Source: Methanobrevibacter sp. (GTDB lineage: Archaea > Methanobacteriota > Methanobacteria > Methanobacteriales > Methanobacteriaceae). From it: a DNA stretch of 46,871 nt. The notes beneath the pieces were generated by a model. The model did no database searches. It worked only from the letters and a program-made list of their open reading frames with translations, and was not told the origin of the DNA. The stretch lies in contig NZ_JAZNIB010000252.1 of NCBI RefSeq assembly GCF_045577275.1, positions 1-46,871 on the forward strand, written 5' to 3'. Of the stretch, positions 18,502 through 29,019 are shown piece after piece (the first letter of the stretch is position 1; each line of letters opens with the position of its first letter). The translations under genes and the position numbers were made by a program.

Positions 18502-21500
18502 TCATGCTCCAGTTACTCTAATATCTGTAATGCTGTCTAAACTTTCTAATGCAGTGATCATTATTTGCTGTGCTTCCCTTTCAGTTTTGTTACGTGCATC
18601 AACATTTACTGCCCCTTCACCAACAATAATGGTTACATTACTATAAGCTCCGTTACCTGGCACTTGGCTTAAGATAGTTTGCAAAGATCCCATTTGACTG
18701 GAAGTGAAATCACTAATGGAATTGTCTAATCCTAAACCAAGACTTGGATTGCCGAAACCTGTAAGAATGCTATTACCTAATCTGGCTCCAGTTGCTTTCA
18801 TCACACCATACTTACTAGTCATAGCCTCTTTAATATAAGCTACTTCATCCATCATAGTATGTGCAAGGTTACCTGGAGAACCAGGGTTGATAGCAGGCTG
18901 TGATTCAAAACCTTCTTTAACTGCTTTACCTAAGTCTACACCAGCATTATAGAATTCTTGTCTTTTGTCAGTTATAGCAGATAAGGTGTAACCTAATTCT
19001 GTAGACATTGTTTCCTTTAGTTTTAAGGCAGAATTCATACCATTGGTTGTTGAAGTTCCAATATATGCTCCTCCAGTCCATCCACTGCTAGCAGCACTGC
19101 TAGTGGCAGAGGTTATTGCCCCTTGAACAGTGCCAGTTAAAGGGGATAAACCGGATTTGACGCCATTGACAATTTGGGAACCAATGCTCATACTAGGTGC
19201 AGAGAAACCAGATGCGCTTGAAAGAGTGTTTTTTAAACTTTCCATAGCAGTTTGGATAGTTCCAAGTATGCCTGTGGAATCTTCACCAAGTGTGATTCCA
19301 CTTAGTTTACTCAATTCTGTCGCAGCATTTCTTACATTAGTTACTGCAGTTGTAATTGTTTCACTGCTAAATCCTTCCATTGTTGGTACATTTGTCATAG
19401 ATTTAACTACTTCTGAAACTTTTCCAAGTGCTGTGTTGATTTTTGTTATTTTCTCTGTTACATCCTCATTAACATTGGCAATAGTTGAGAGGCTTGCCAA
19501 TCTTACTGAAACCATTCTAAGGTCATTTCCAATATTTGTTATGGCTGTTGCAATATCTGCTCCGCCTAGATCCATAAAGCTATCCCAATTGGTATCATCA
19601 CGAAGCTTACGTAATGATTGGAATGCATCGCTAACACTAGTCAAAGCATCTGAAACAGATTTAATCTTAGTTCCAACATCCTTAGGAACTTCTTCTAAAC
19701 CAGTGAATTGCCTTAATGCTTGGCTTGCTTTAACAATGTCCCCTTTTACATTAGTTAATGCAGTTTGAATATCCGCTCCACCAAATATTTGGCCTAATGC
19801 ACCATCCCAGTTTACTCCATCACGAACACTACGTAATGCTTCCATAGCTTTTCCTACACTAGCAAGACTATCACAGACATTCTGAATATTACTGGCAGTG
19901 GCATCATCAAAAGGTTTTAAATCTTTGAATTCCTGAAGTTTACCAGAAGCACTTATGATATCATTTTTAGCCTGTTCTAAACCATCTGTCACACTTCCGA
20001 AACCGAGAGCCCATGCAACAAAATCACTGAATCCTGTAGTGATGTTAGTGGAGGTTAATGCCATCATTGCATCTGAAACTGAATTTAAGCTTTTACCAAT
20101 GTTTTGTAGATTTTTAGGAATTGAATCATCAATGGAAACTGCACTAAATTGCTGAAGTATACTTGCTGCTTCTGTTAAAGTATCAGTAGCCAATTGAAGA
20201 GGAGCAGTCATTCCGAGGAAACCGCCAGTTATATATGTTAATCCAGTCATGAGACCAGCAAATGACATGGCTCCCATAGCTAGACCTACCCATGCAATGC
20301 CTTCAGCTAATTTTTTAATGCTATCAACCGACTTGGATAAATCTATATCATCAAAGTTTAATGCATCAAATACTAACTGAATTGCTTTTAGTCCGAGCAA
20401 TGCTTCTGCAGCTAATGCAACTGCAATAGGAATCATAACCGCTATAACTGCTGCAAGACTTAATAAGGGTACAATCATGCTTGTAAAACTTGCGGATAAT
20501 CCGGCCATTATTCCGCTGCTTGCTTCCACTTCTGCACTTACAACTGCTGCTTTTGAACTTGTAGAACCAATTCCTGCAGCCGCATCAACAGTTTCTTCAG
20601 TACTCTTAAAAAATTTACTGAATAATCCTTTAGACTGTGTTTTTTCCAAGTTTTTGCTAGTTTTACTTGACACATCCTTCAATCTATTGGATTTAATATC
20701 TAAATCTTCATATTTCTTTTCAAGCAATGCAGTTCTGTAATCCGCTTCATTTATACTGCTAATTTGATGATCTAACATGTCTTGAAGATATTCTGAGGAA
20801 TTATCTTTTAAAAAATTTCCTCCGGCATGAGCTTGAGCTACTTGTATAGCTTCAGGGGATAAATCAGTGAGGATAGATGCAGTTTCACTAGCAGTAGTAA
20901 CTGTTTCAGTAGTTTTGCCAAAACTTTTTATCATGCTTGCAGCACCACTGGCTGCATCTTTAACTGCAACAAAACCCTCTTTTAAATCTTTGATTCCTTG
21001 AACAGTAGTGGAAACATTCCATAAACCTTGGTTCATTACTTCAATAGCTCCGCCAGTAGCAAGAATGGACCCTGCAAGAGCCCCTCCAGTTTCCTCATCT
21101 ATCTCAATAAATGCCTTTTTAATTTCTTTCAGTTGCGGTAAGAATTCATTACCTATCTTTTTTCCTGCACGGCTAAAAGATTTGCCTATTAATGCATCCA
21201 AACCTTGATTAGTATCCATTAATTCATCAGTATCACCAATGACTTTTTCCACTGCAGCCATATACCCTTTAACATCATCTTCCTTCCCAGACCAAAGATT
21301 GGTCCTCATTAAAGCGTCTTCACTCACACCATACTGGTCTAGACTTGCAAAAGCACCTTTAATACCCTTGCTTAAGTCCATCATAGCACCTTGTGCAAGG
21401 TCAGTACTTCCAGTCTGTGCCAAAACTGCTGCACCAAAGTTAGCCATTTCATCAGTGATGCTTTCAAGTTCCTTATCTGAAGCACCAGTAGCGGAACTAA

Positions 21501-21864
21501 ATGCATTCATTGCAGGAATTAAATCTTGCATAGATGTCAAACTTTCATTAGTAACATTATCTACCGTTTTATATAATGAATCAGCAGCATTCTCCGTGTC
21601 AGTCATCATTCCAATTAAAACCTTGTTAGTTTCAGCTTTGGAACTGGTGCCTAAAATGTTATCAAGTGCTGATTTTCCGGTTAATCCTTGCAAAGCATTA
21701 TCAGATATGGCGCTGAAATTCATCATAGAATTGCTTATGCTTGACATTGATTTGGAAAGGTTGCTTGCCATTCCTTGAAAACTGCTGTCAATATTCTTTG
21801 CAACATTTGAAGCATTATCTCTAGCTGCAATAGTTAGCATTATCTGCTCATTAAGATTAACCAT
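18502..21864 (-). CDS. tape measure protein
   Basis: 1120 aa, Ala/Ser/Gly-rich helical, hydrophobic central segment, internal repeats, N-terminal I.ARDNAS. Confidence 0.9.
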   Translation of the reverse strand: MVNLNEQIMLTIAARDNASNVAKNIDSSFQGMASNLSKSMSSISNSMMNFSAISDNALQGLTGKSALDNILGTSSKAETNKVLIGMMTDTENAADSLYKTVDNVTNESLTSMQDLIPAMNAFSSATGASDKELESITDEMANFGAAVLAQTGSTDLAQGAMMDLSKGIKGAFASLDQYGVSEDALMRTNLWSGKEDDVKGYMAAVEKVIGDTDELMDTNQGLDALIGKSFSRAGKKIGNEFLPQLKEIKKAFIEIDEETGGALAGSILATGGAIEVMNQGLWNVSTTVQGIKDLKEGFVAVKDAASGAASMIKSFGKTTETVTTASETASILTDLSPEAIQVAQAHAGGNFLKDNSSEYLQDMLDHQISSINEADYRTALLEKKYEDLDIKSNRLKDVSSKTSKNLEKTQSKGLFSKFFKSTEETVDAAAGIGSTSSKAAVVSAEVEASSGIMAGLSASFTSMIVPLLSLAAVIAVMIPIAVALAAEALLGLKAIQLVFDALNFDDIDLSKSVDSIKKLAEGIAWVGLAMGAMSFAGLMTGLTYITGGFLGMTAPLQLATDTLTEAASILQQFSAVSIDDSIPKNLQNIGKSLNSVSDAMMALTSTNITTGFSDFVAWALGFGSVTDGLEQAKNDIISASGKLQEFKDLKPFDDATASNIQNVCDSLASVGKAMEALRSVRDGVNWDGALGQIFGGADIQTALTNVKGDIVKASQALRQFTGLEEVPKDVGTKIKSVSDALTSVSDAFQSLRKLRDDTNWDSFMDLGGADIATAITNIGNDLRMVSVRLASLSTIANVNEDVTEKITKINTALGKVSEVVKSMTNVPTMEGFSSETITTAVTNVRNAATELSKLSGITLGEDSTGILGTIQTAMESLKNTLSSASGFSAPSMSIGSQIVNGVKSGLSPLTGTVQGAITSATSSAASSGWTGGAYIGTSTTNGMNSALKLKETMSTELGYTLSAITDKRQEFYNAGVDLGKAVKEGFESQPAINPGSPGNLAHTMMDEVAYIKEAMTSKYGVMKATGARLGNSILTGFGNPSLGLGLDNSISDFTSSQMGSLQTILSQVPGNGAYSNVTIIVGEGAVNVDARNKTEREAQQIMITALESLDSITDIRVTGA

Positions 21865-21870
21865 TCTGCA

Positions 21871-22116
21871 TTATCTCCTTAATTTTCTTCTTAATCTGTT
21901 CTTACGAGCTTCTTCTTTTATTTCTTTAGCCCTTTTTTGTTCATTTTTCACTTCTTCACCATACTTCCTCATGAGCAGCATTATCTCTAGATCATGGGAA
22001 AAGAACCGGTTCATTACTTCAAGTATTCCGATACCATAGTGTTTTGCTACACGAAAGTAGACTTCCCCTAGGAAACTATCTAGGAGTTGGAAAAAGCTCT
22101 TCTTCAGTTTTATCAC
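21871..22116 (-). CDS. tail assembly chaperone, downstream (T-like) ORF
   Basis: Overlaps the upstream chaperone; lies directly before the tape measure gene. Confidence 0.6.
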   Translation of the reverse strand: MIKLKKSFFQLLDSFLGEVYFRVAKHYGIGILEVMNRFFSHDLEIMLLMRKYGEEVKNEQKRAKEIKEEARKNRLRRKLRR

Positions 22117-22825
22117 TGATGTTGAGTTTTTCTTTTATCTTATTGAACAATAATATTCTTGTTGGAAGGTCTATTTGCTTCCAGAAATCCAATTTTTCTG
22201 TGTATGGTTTTTCTGGATCATCAACAAAATCAACAATGCGTGCAAGTATTTCTGTAATATCCTGCGCATTTCCTTCATAATCCATTACCTTTTCATTGAT
22301 TTTGTCCTGAATATGCTTCATCATATTGGTCTCTTCAGGACTTAAATTGTTTCCACCATTTGCTGCTTTTGCATACACTCTTTTTTCAGTGTCATTAAGG
22401 TCTCTGAAAACTCTTGTTTGGGTGTCAAGCAATCTAATGTAATCTGAATCAGGCAATTGTTTAATTTTAAGTTTTAATCTGAATGTTTCATCACCAATAT
22501 GGTAATTCATATCGATGCGGAAACGGTTAGGGTCATTTAATAATCGTAATAATTCATCACTTGTTTTGATGATTCTCAAGTTATCATCCAAGTTTTTTTC
22601 TATGCTTACTACATCATAATCATTGAAATGTGGCCTGTATCTTGCCAGTAATTCTTTCAAACTGGATAATTCATCTTCAGTGAATTCTTCATGATTTATG
22701 CATTTGTCTACAAGTTCTTTTTCATTTGGTTCTAAGTATTCGTAAGGCAGTCTTTTGCATTCCTCTGGGAATCTTGTTCTGAGGTTATGTTTGTCTGCTG
22801 CTTTAGTGTCAATTTCATTCATCAT
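22076..22825 (-). CDS. tail assembly chaperone (G-like)
   Basis: Position between tube and tape measure; helical and charged. Confidence 0.65.
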   Translation of the reverse strand: MMNEIDTKAADKHNLRTRFPEECKRLPYEYLEPNEKELVDKCINHEEFTEDELSSLKELLARYRPHFNDYDVVSIEKNLDDNLRIIKTSDELLRLLNDPNRFRIDMNYHIGDETFRLKLKIKQLPDSDYIRLLDTQTRVFRDLNDTEKRVYAKAANGGNNLSPEETNMMKHIQDKINEKVMDYEGNAQDITEILARIVDFVDDPEKPYTEKLDFWKQIDLPTRILLFNKIKEKLNISDKTEEELFPTPR

Positions 22826-22955
22826 AAAAATAATCTCTCCTGACTGTATTAAAGGATAAAAAAAGGGATATTAATTGCATTATAATAAAAAATTAAAAAA
22901 AAGAAAATAAAATAAAAGTGGATAAAAAAATGAGGAGTAAATTTTTATTTAAGAT

Positions 22956-23363
22956 TTATCTTGGTAATTCAAAGCCTAAAGCAGTACCTGAAACATCAAG
23001 AGTTACTCCATCATCCCCATATGAAAAGTTAACTTCACTGATTCTTGCATTGGTCATAGTGCCCACTGCTTTGTAATCTCCATCAGGGCCAAAACGGAAA
23101 ACTCCTATAGGGAAAATTTTCTTTTTGAGTTTTGCTTCAACGAGGAAATCATAAAATTCTGGTTCAACACCTGAAGCTCCCCATTCATATGTGTTCTTGG
23201 TACGGCCGTAACGGATAGGGTCTGCACTATTTGTTACGCTTTTAGGGTCTCCGCCATCTTCACCAAGGTCCATGTTAAATTCATTGGAATAGATTCTTTC
23301 TGAATCAATTCTCATTTCTGCCATTTCATAACTGTTATCTGTAGGGTCTATTTTAATAGCCAT
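22956..23363 (-). CDS. tail tube protein
   Basis: 135 aa, beta-rich, directly after the sheath. Confidence 0.75.
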   Translation of the reverse strand: MAIKIDPTDNSYEMAEMRIDSERIYSNEFNMDLGEDGGDPKSVTNSADPIRYGRTKNTYEWGASGVEPEFYDFLVEAKLKKKIFPIGVFRFGPDGDYKAVGTMTNARISEVNFSYGDDGVTLDVSGTALGFELPR

Positions 23364-23365
23364 GC

Positions 23366-24529
23366 TTAAGCGCCTCCACTAATTGCATTAGGTTGTTCTA
23401 TATACATGCTGAAACCAATGAGTAAAGTACTGTTAACTGGTACTGCCACACCTTCAGCATGCAAATCCCATGGATTAACCTCATCTTCAACCACTATAAT
23501 ATCGGTTCCGTCTTTCATTATGCCTTCACGTATTTTAGCATTGACCAATACATCCAAGTCAGATTGCAAGTAATTGATATTGATTTCAGTTTCATTACGT
23601 TTCAACTGTGTGTACAATTTCATATATGCTTCACGTATGAGTTGATCCACATTTCTTCTTGCATGCAATAATGCATCATTAGGCCTGCTATCTGGAGAAG
23701 CTGCAAATGCAGTGCTTACTGCAAGGTTGATTCTTGGATGGATTTCAGAGCCTGCTCTTTCATCACGATTGAAAATCACTCCTGCAGCTTGCAATTCATC
23801 CTCTTCCTCAGGGGTTCTTTCAATGAAAGTTCCTGGTGAAACACTACGATAATCAGTGTAACCTGGTTCCTCTTCAGGAGGCGTATTTAATACATTAGCG
23901 ACAGTCTTTCCAAATAAAAGGAATTCACATAATACAGCTCTGCTGTTTTGAATATAATTTGTTTGACTGTCATCTGCAATTTGTTTTAATTCTGCATCTG
24001 TGCATCCTTCGATAGTGAAGTATGCCACTCTTGGATTACCTGTCTGACTGTCATCTATGATTTTGTCAACTGCAGAATCCATGAGACTGGTAATGGTTGC
24101 TAAGGTGTGGGATTTTTTAAATCCTACGAATACTTCTGCTTGCACTTCTCTTTTGCTTTTTGCTAATGTCATTGCATTAGTCCAGTCAGCAGTTTTAAGA
24201 GCAGGGGTTTCTCCAGTAGTCATACCAGTTCCGAGATCTATAACATACACATAAGGTACACTAAGTTCGTCTGAACTTTTCTTTTTGTTTTCTTCAAAGA
24301 ATTCTTTTAAAAATGCAAGTAAAGGGTTGTTGGTGGTATCAGTTCCTAACCCTCCGTTTGCTACTGTGGCATTGCATGCAGAAAAGTTTTTAAACTTTTG
24401 GATGCCTGATGCAGGATTTGCATTGTTGGAGATTCCGATAATTATTGGGATTTCCCCTCCTGTTCCTGAAAGGGTTGGATTGGAAGTCCCTTCAAAATAT
24501 TTTACTTTTGGAGTTTCTGTAATAGCCAT
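23366..24529 (-). CDS. tail sheath protein
   Basis: N-terminal P.VKY.E, PIIIG; C-terminal L.AAGV..LHARRN.D..GIM sheath-like pattern. Confidence 0.8.
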   Translation of the reverse strand: MAITETPKVKYFEGTSNPTLSGTGGEIPIIIGISNNANPASGIQKFKNFSACNATVANGGLGTDTTNNPLLAFLKEFFEENKKKSSDELSVPYVYVIDLGTGMTTGETPALKTADWTNAMTLAKSKREVQAEVFVGFKKSHTLATITSLMDSAVDKIIDDSQTGNPRVAYFTIEGCTDAELKQIADDSQTNYIQNSRAVLCEFLLFGKTVANVLNTPPEEEPGYTDYRSVSPGTFIERTPEEEDELQAAGVIFNRDERAGSEIHPRINLAVSTAFAASPDSRPNDALLHARRNVDQLIREAYMKLYTQLKRNETEININYLQSDLDVLVNAKIREGIMKDGTDIIVVEDEVNPWDLHAEGVAVPVNSTLLIGFSMYIEQPNAISGGA

Positions 24530-24541
24530 AAGGTTTCACCT

Positions 24542-24787
24542 TTAGTTTATAAATTTTTTAATAATTTTTTCTAATTCATCATCTGTAATGCTTGGTTCAA
24601 TATCCTCTTTCCCATATACAGATTCCTCATAGCGGTATTGTTTGAGTAAACCTGCAAAAGATAAAGCACCAACTATAACATGTTTTGAAGTACTGTTTTC
24701 TTTTACTGCTTCAAAAAGGATTTTCTTCTCCTTCTTTAGCTTTGGAGCAGCATCAGTTTTTTTAGTACTTTCTTTTTTGGTTGTCAT
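24542..24787 (-). CDS. small neck-region hypothetical protein
   Basis: In-operon ORF overlapping the upstream stop. Confidence 0.55.
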   Translation of the reverse strand: MTTKKESTKKTDAAPKLKKEKKILFEAVKENSTSKHVIVGALSFAGLLKQYRYEESVYGKEDIEPSITDDELEKIIKKFIN

Positions 24788-25398
24788 AATAAATCCTCTC
24801 TAATATTTATGGAGTCATAAGTTTTTCCACCAATTCGATAGAAAGTGTAATATTCCATTTGAGTTTTAAAAATGGTTCTGAGTATTGTTTCGCTAGTGTC
24901 TAGTTCATCCAAATCTGTTACACTATTAATTGAAAATGTTCTTTTTACAATGTTGTTATGCTTAAAGAAAGATTGGTAACTCTGGAGGTTTGGGCATTGC
25001 TTTTTGTTGGTTCGTCCGTTGAGTGTGTTTAACGCTTCACATTCATTCATAGTTGCATTGCACTTACTGTTTACTGGGTTGAAGTTGGCACAAGCGCTGT
25101 AGTGATTAGCTTCTGCCTTAAGTATTCTGTTATTGATTTCTGTGATTAATGTTTGGCGCTCTTCTTCTGAGTTGCACCAAATGTTAATCCATATATCTGC
25201 AGAATATCTTTTGCTGATATACTGGACATTGTCAATTTCAACATATTTCTGTTTGATTATTGATTCATCAGCCAATGAAACATTTACACATGGAGTTATG
25301 TCACTTGGCCTGTAGCGATTCCCTGTGTAAATCTTATTATCTTGGACTGTTAAATGTCCACGTAGCAAATCTATGAATGCCTTTTCCAACTTATGCAT
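24784..25398 (-). CDS. tail terminator-like protein with Cys-rich insertion
   Basis: Synteny; P...V..I.INIWCNS.EER motif; four clustered Cys. Confidence 0.6.
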   Translation of the reverse strand: MHKLEKAFIDLLRGHLTVQDNKIYTGNRYRPSDITPCVNVSLADESIIKQKYVEIDNVQYISKRYSADIWINIWCNSEEERQTLITEINNRILKAEANHYSACANFNPVNSKCNATMNECEALNTLNGRTNKKQCPNLQSYQSFFKHNNIVKRTFSINSVTDLDELDTSETILRTIFKTQMEYYTFYRIGGKTYDSINIREDLL

Positions 25399-25770
25399 TT
25401 ACTCAAACACCCCACTATTTTTAAGTTCTTCATGAATATACCTTGTGAGTTTAGGCCCTACTTTCCTAGCAGTTCGTGTTACAAAAGGGTTAGGACTCAT
25501 TTTGCTGGTTCCATATTGGAGATAAATCCAGTAAGGAGGGTTGTGCAAGGAACTGTGTATTTGGCCTTGGCATTTCCCTGGTTTGAATTTGCTAATGCTC
25601 CTACGAAGGTTACCTGTGTCAATCGGAGCTTCACGTCTCATAGTGTTTTCTGCATCATGTAATGTGTGGTCAACGGCAGTGTCTAGTGCATCTTCATATC
25701 CTCCTTCTTTTAATCCTAATTTTTTAAAATAGGAATCATCGAATTTGATATCTACACTAAAGTCAGCCAT
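25399..25770 (-). CDS. HK97 gp10-like tail completion protein
   Basis: APIDTGNLRRSI and YLQYGTSKMSPNPF motifs. Confidence 0.85.
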   Translation of the reverse strand: MADFSVDIKFDDSYFKKLGLKEGGYEDALDTAVDHTLHDAENTMRREAPIDTGNLRRSISKFKPGKCQGQIHSSLHNPPYWIYLQYGTSKMSPNPFVTRTARKVGPKLTRYIHEELKNSGVFE

Positions 25771-26108
25771 TACTCCTGCACCTCTTTTCTTTGTCTTTTT
25801 ATAACCATTTCCTTATGAGGTATCAATCCATGATTGCAGTTTTCTATAGACCCAATTATCTCATACTTGGCATCATTGATTCTTAATTGGTCGGTGTCAT
25901 TGATTTCTACAGTTTCATCCATGATGACTCTGTAGGTGTCTTGGAGTATCTTACCAAATTCTCTCAAGGATGATGTAGGAGAAATGAGTTGCATGTCTAC
26001 ACTTATGGTTTCCTTATAGACATATTCATTCTGCGAACCATAGTAATCGAAACTTTCATTTTGACAAGTGTATATATCCATCTCTTCATTGGGAAACAGG
26101 ACTGGCAT
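25770..26108 (-). CDS. head closure protein
   Basis: Synteny; D.L.I....YEIIG pattern. Confidence 0.65.
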   Translation of the reverse strand: MPVLFPNEEMDIYTCQNESFDYYGSQNEYVYKETISVDMQLISPTSSLREFGKILQDTYRVIMDETVEINDTDQLRINDAKYEIIGSIENCNHGLIPHKEMVIKRQRKEVQE

Positions 26109-26109
26109 C

Positions 26110-26601
26110 TTATATCATCCTCACCAAACAATTGTAACGGTTGCGCAAATCAGCAATCATATTCTGAATAGTCGCACCCTTACTTAGACTGGTATCATAT
26201 GAAACACTTACATTGATTTCTTTTACACTGGAAACATCCTTTTTCCAATCAGTATCAAGTTCATGTTCCATCATCAAGTCAATTATAGGGTTAAATTCAG
26301 TTTCAGGCAAACCGTAAGTATACTCAATGTATAAAAGATTCCCAGAATATTCATTAGGCAAATGAATTATTCCTTCATCTTCAATTATGATAATTTCCTC
26401 AAGATCCAGGGCATTGCCATCAATTTTCAATAGTTCAACTGAACGGATTGGAAAGTAAGACAATATTATTTCAGAACCTTGGAAATTTCTTTCTAATTCT
26501 TTAGCGGATTTAGGTATGAGAGGCAAACCTACTTCAACTTCCAAACGTTTTAGAAGTTTGTCTTTTAGGACATCTTCATTAATATTGCTTTCATCAGTCA
26601 T
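26110..26601 (-). CDS. head-tail adaptor
   Basis: After the capsid gene; PIRSV..IEYTYG..SSVKE..VSVSY pattern. Confidence 0.7.
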   Translation of the reverse strand: MTDESNINEDVLKDKLLKRLEVEVGLPLIPKSAKELERNFQGSEIILSYFPIRSVELLKIDGNALDLEEIIIIEDEGIIHLPNEYSGNLLYIEYTYGLPETEFNPIIDLMMEHELDTDWKKDVSSVKEINVSVSYDTSLSKGATIQNMIADLRNRYNCLVRMI

Positions 26602-26667
26602 CGGACTTTTTCACCTCTCAAAAAAAAAATTAATGTTTAAAAATTAAAAAATCAAAAGTTTAAATTT

Positions 26668-27711
26668 TTATCCTGTTCCTTCAGCTTCAGGAACATTAAC
26701 AGTCACATTGTAAGGAGATGCAACTTCCAAACTGGTATCGATACCTTTAATCATACCATTTCTGAACTCAGCAATATTATTGGCAGTGGCAAAGCTGACA
26801 ACTGCATTTTTAGTACCGAGCTTATTGGTTGGCAAATTGGTCATCAAGGTAGGTGCAAGTAAACGTTTAACTTCAATAGTGGAAGAATCAACGAATAACA
26901 TCACATCTTTGCTGTTGATTTGAGCCAAGTTGGAATCAATAAGGATAGGGATTTCAGAACCATTAGGAGCTTCATAAGCTATAACCCTGTGACCTAATCC
27001 AATATCAATCTTATCGTTGAAACGTCTGTATGGAGCAACTAATTTCTTGAGTTGTTTTGCAACAGCATTAGTGGTGACAATACAATCAACTACACCTCCA
27101 TTGCCGTCAATGATACTGGTTAACATGTCATCAATAGCATCTTCGCTAATAGGTTCATCAGCATCAAGAGTATCTACATTGGTAGAGACTTGTTTGGTGA
27201 AACCTTTGAAATCTTTAGCAGCTGCAGTTCCTGCACCTTGCAAAAGGGTGCTATCCAATTGGTTAGTGACTTTAATGAAACCTTTGTCGATTTCCCTGGC
27301 AAGGATATCAATTGCATTGTTACCCATTTGAGCCATCAAACTGACATCAATAGGGTGAATCAAGGTTTTCATCTTGCTAACTTCTTCTGCATAAGAGGAA
27401 GCGGTTTGAGTTGGGATGTCATCTGATTCGTCAATCCAACTTGCAGCACTGTTATCTGTTTCTTTGTAGAAACCTGCATAGGTGGAGCCGAAACTGTCAT
27501 CTACACGGCCTTTGGATTCAAGGAATCTGAAGTATGGTGCTTTTTCAAACACTTTACTTTTAAGGTCTGGACTGTATGCGATTTGACTGGATTGCGGTGC
27601 ATTATCAGTAGTCATCATGTCTTTTTTCAAGTCTTCATAAGCTTTGCTTAAAGCTTGTAATTGTTTGTTTTGAGAAGCAAATTGTGCTTTAATCTCATCT
27701 ATTGCGGTCAT
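26668..27711 (-). CDS. major capsid protein (HK97 fold)
   Basis: 347 aa after the protease; WIDE, LLQGAG..FKG motifs. Confidence 0.85.
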   Translation of the reverse strand: MTAIDEIKAQFASQNKQLQALSKAYEDLKKDMMTTDNAPQSSQIAYSPDLKSKVFEKAPYFRFLESKGRVDDSFGSTYAGFYKETDNSAASWIDESDDIPTQTASSYAEEVSKMKTLIHPIDVSLMAQMGNNAIDILAREIDKGFIKVTNQLDSTLLQGAGTAAAKDFKGFTKQVSTNVDTLDADEPISEDAIDDMLTSIIDGNGGVVDCIVTTNAVAKQLKKLVAPYRRFNDKIDIGLGHRVIAYEAPNGSEIPILIDSNLAQINSKDVMLFVDSSTIEVKRLLAPTLMTNLPTNKLGTKNAVVSFATANNIAEFRNGMIKGIDTSLEVASPYNVTVNVPEAEGTG

Positions 27712-27770
27712 AAATAATCTACCTCGGTATAAAATAATTCAAATTCATTCAATTTTTTTGTGGAGAAAAA

Positions 27771-28835
27771 TTAATCTTGATTTAATAAGGCTCTGATGAA
27801 TTCATCTTGAGATTGATTAGCGAACATTTGCTCTGCAATCTGTTTGCTAGTCATACCCTCATCCTCAGACTCTTCATCTTGCAAGTATTTTTCTTTTACA
27901 TCATCAACATGGAATTTTGGGTCACGGTTATCGCCTAATTCTTTGAAGAGTTTTCCCATGGATTCATCCATTGCTTTGGTGACTGTAGATTCAATGAAGG
28001 ATTTCATTTTCTCTTCATCTATTCCATTTTCTTCTTCATCTTCGTCTTCATCAGGTTTTCCTTCATCATTAGAGTCAGCTTTCAATTTATCAAACTGGTC
28101 TTTAATGATAGTTTCTAATTCTTTGCTCACTTGATTTACAGTTTCACGAGCGATTTCTTCTTGTTTAGTACTCATCAACTCGTTAAAAAGGTCTACTGCA
28201 TCATCTTTAGTGAAAACATCAGACTCCTCTTTAACATTTTTCTGAGTTTCATCAAATTTTTGTTCTTCTGACATTTTATCATCCATTAAGTTTTTTCGTA
28301 TAACATGACATGCACCGGTCAAACACTTGGACTCCACTACACCATTACTTGCAGTTATGGTGCCGTAGGTGTCCCAATTGGCAGGCATACCAGTTAAACT
28401 GATTTCCAAAAGGTCAATATCCTTTATCTCCCACCCATCAGGAATAGTATTATACTCCTTAATCCGACCACCAATGCTGAGGCCAAGATTGATACCAATG
28501 TCCAACATTTCCTTTATCTCAGCTGCAAACTTGGAACGGATAACAGACTTGATCTTCAACACATTCTCATCTGTATCCATCACTTCCTTGATAGCGCCGA
28601 TAATACCATCAAACAAGTCATACCTATGATCCCCATGAAGGTTCTTGCTGCTTGAGAGCAATTGTGTTTTCATGGAGTCAATAGCTGATGGCAACACTAT
28701 ATCCCCTTGAAGGTCCTTATTGGTGGTTGAGGCAACTCCCTCTATGGTGAGTGTTCCGTCAGGGTTTAACTCGTATGATTTCTGTGTGGATGGTGCATAC
28801 AATTTAAATTGCTTTGTTATGCTTTTAGTTGACAT
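27771..28835 (-). CDS. prohead protease fused to acidic scaffold domain
   Basis: IEGVAST..DLQGD, DH, GLSIGG, LLEISLTGMPAN. Confidence 0.9.
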   Translation of the reverse strand: MSTKSITKQFKLYAPSTQKSYELNPDGTLTIEGVASTTNKDLQGDIVLPSAIDSMKTQLLSSSKNLHGDHRYDLFDGIIGAIKEVMDTDENVLKIKSVIRSKFAAEIKEMLDIGINLGLSIGGRIKEYNTIPDGWEIKDIDLLEISLTGMPANWDTYGTITASNGVVESKCLTGACHVIRKNLMDDKMSEEQKFDETQKNVKEESDVFTKDDAVDLFNELMSTKQEEIARETVNQVSKELETIIKDQFDKLKADSNDEGKPDEDEDEEENGIDEEKMKSFIESTVTKAMDESMGKLFKELGDNRDPKFHVDDVKEKYLQDEESEDEGMTSKQIAEQMFANQSQDEFIRALLNQD

Positions 28836-29019
28836 TACTGTTCACTATCCATTCATAAATAGTTGTTTTTTTTTGAGGTGTGGGATTAGGGACTCAAACC
28901 CTTAAGTCATTAATGAAAAAAATTTAGTAAAAATTTAAAATTTAAAAAATATTATCCCACAAAAGAAAAATCTAAAAATTAATTAAACTTTATAAGTTTA
29001 TAAAAATAAAAAGTAAATT

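Noticed and set aside
19130-21778. Long plus-strand ORFs opposite the tape measure gene (and similar ones such as 41908-42639 and 44100-44534)
   Set aside because: Antisense shadows of real minus-strand genes, with no motifs.
28875-28905. Intact tRNA gene or att site
   Set aside because: Only a T-arm-like hairpin; no D-arm, anticodon arm or 5' acceptor strand, and no second copy in the window.
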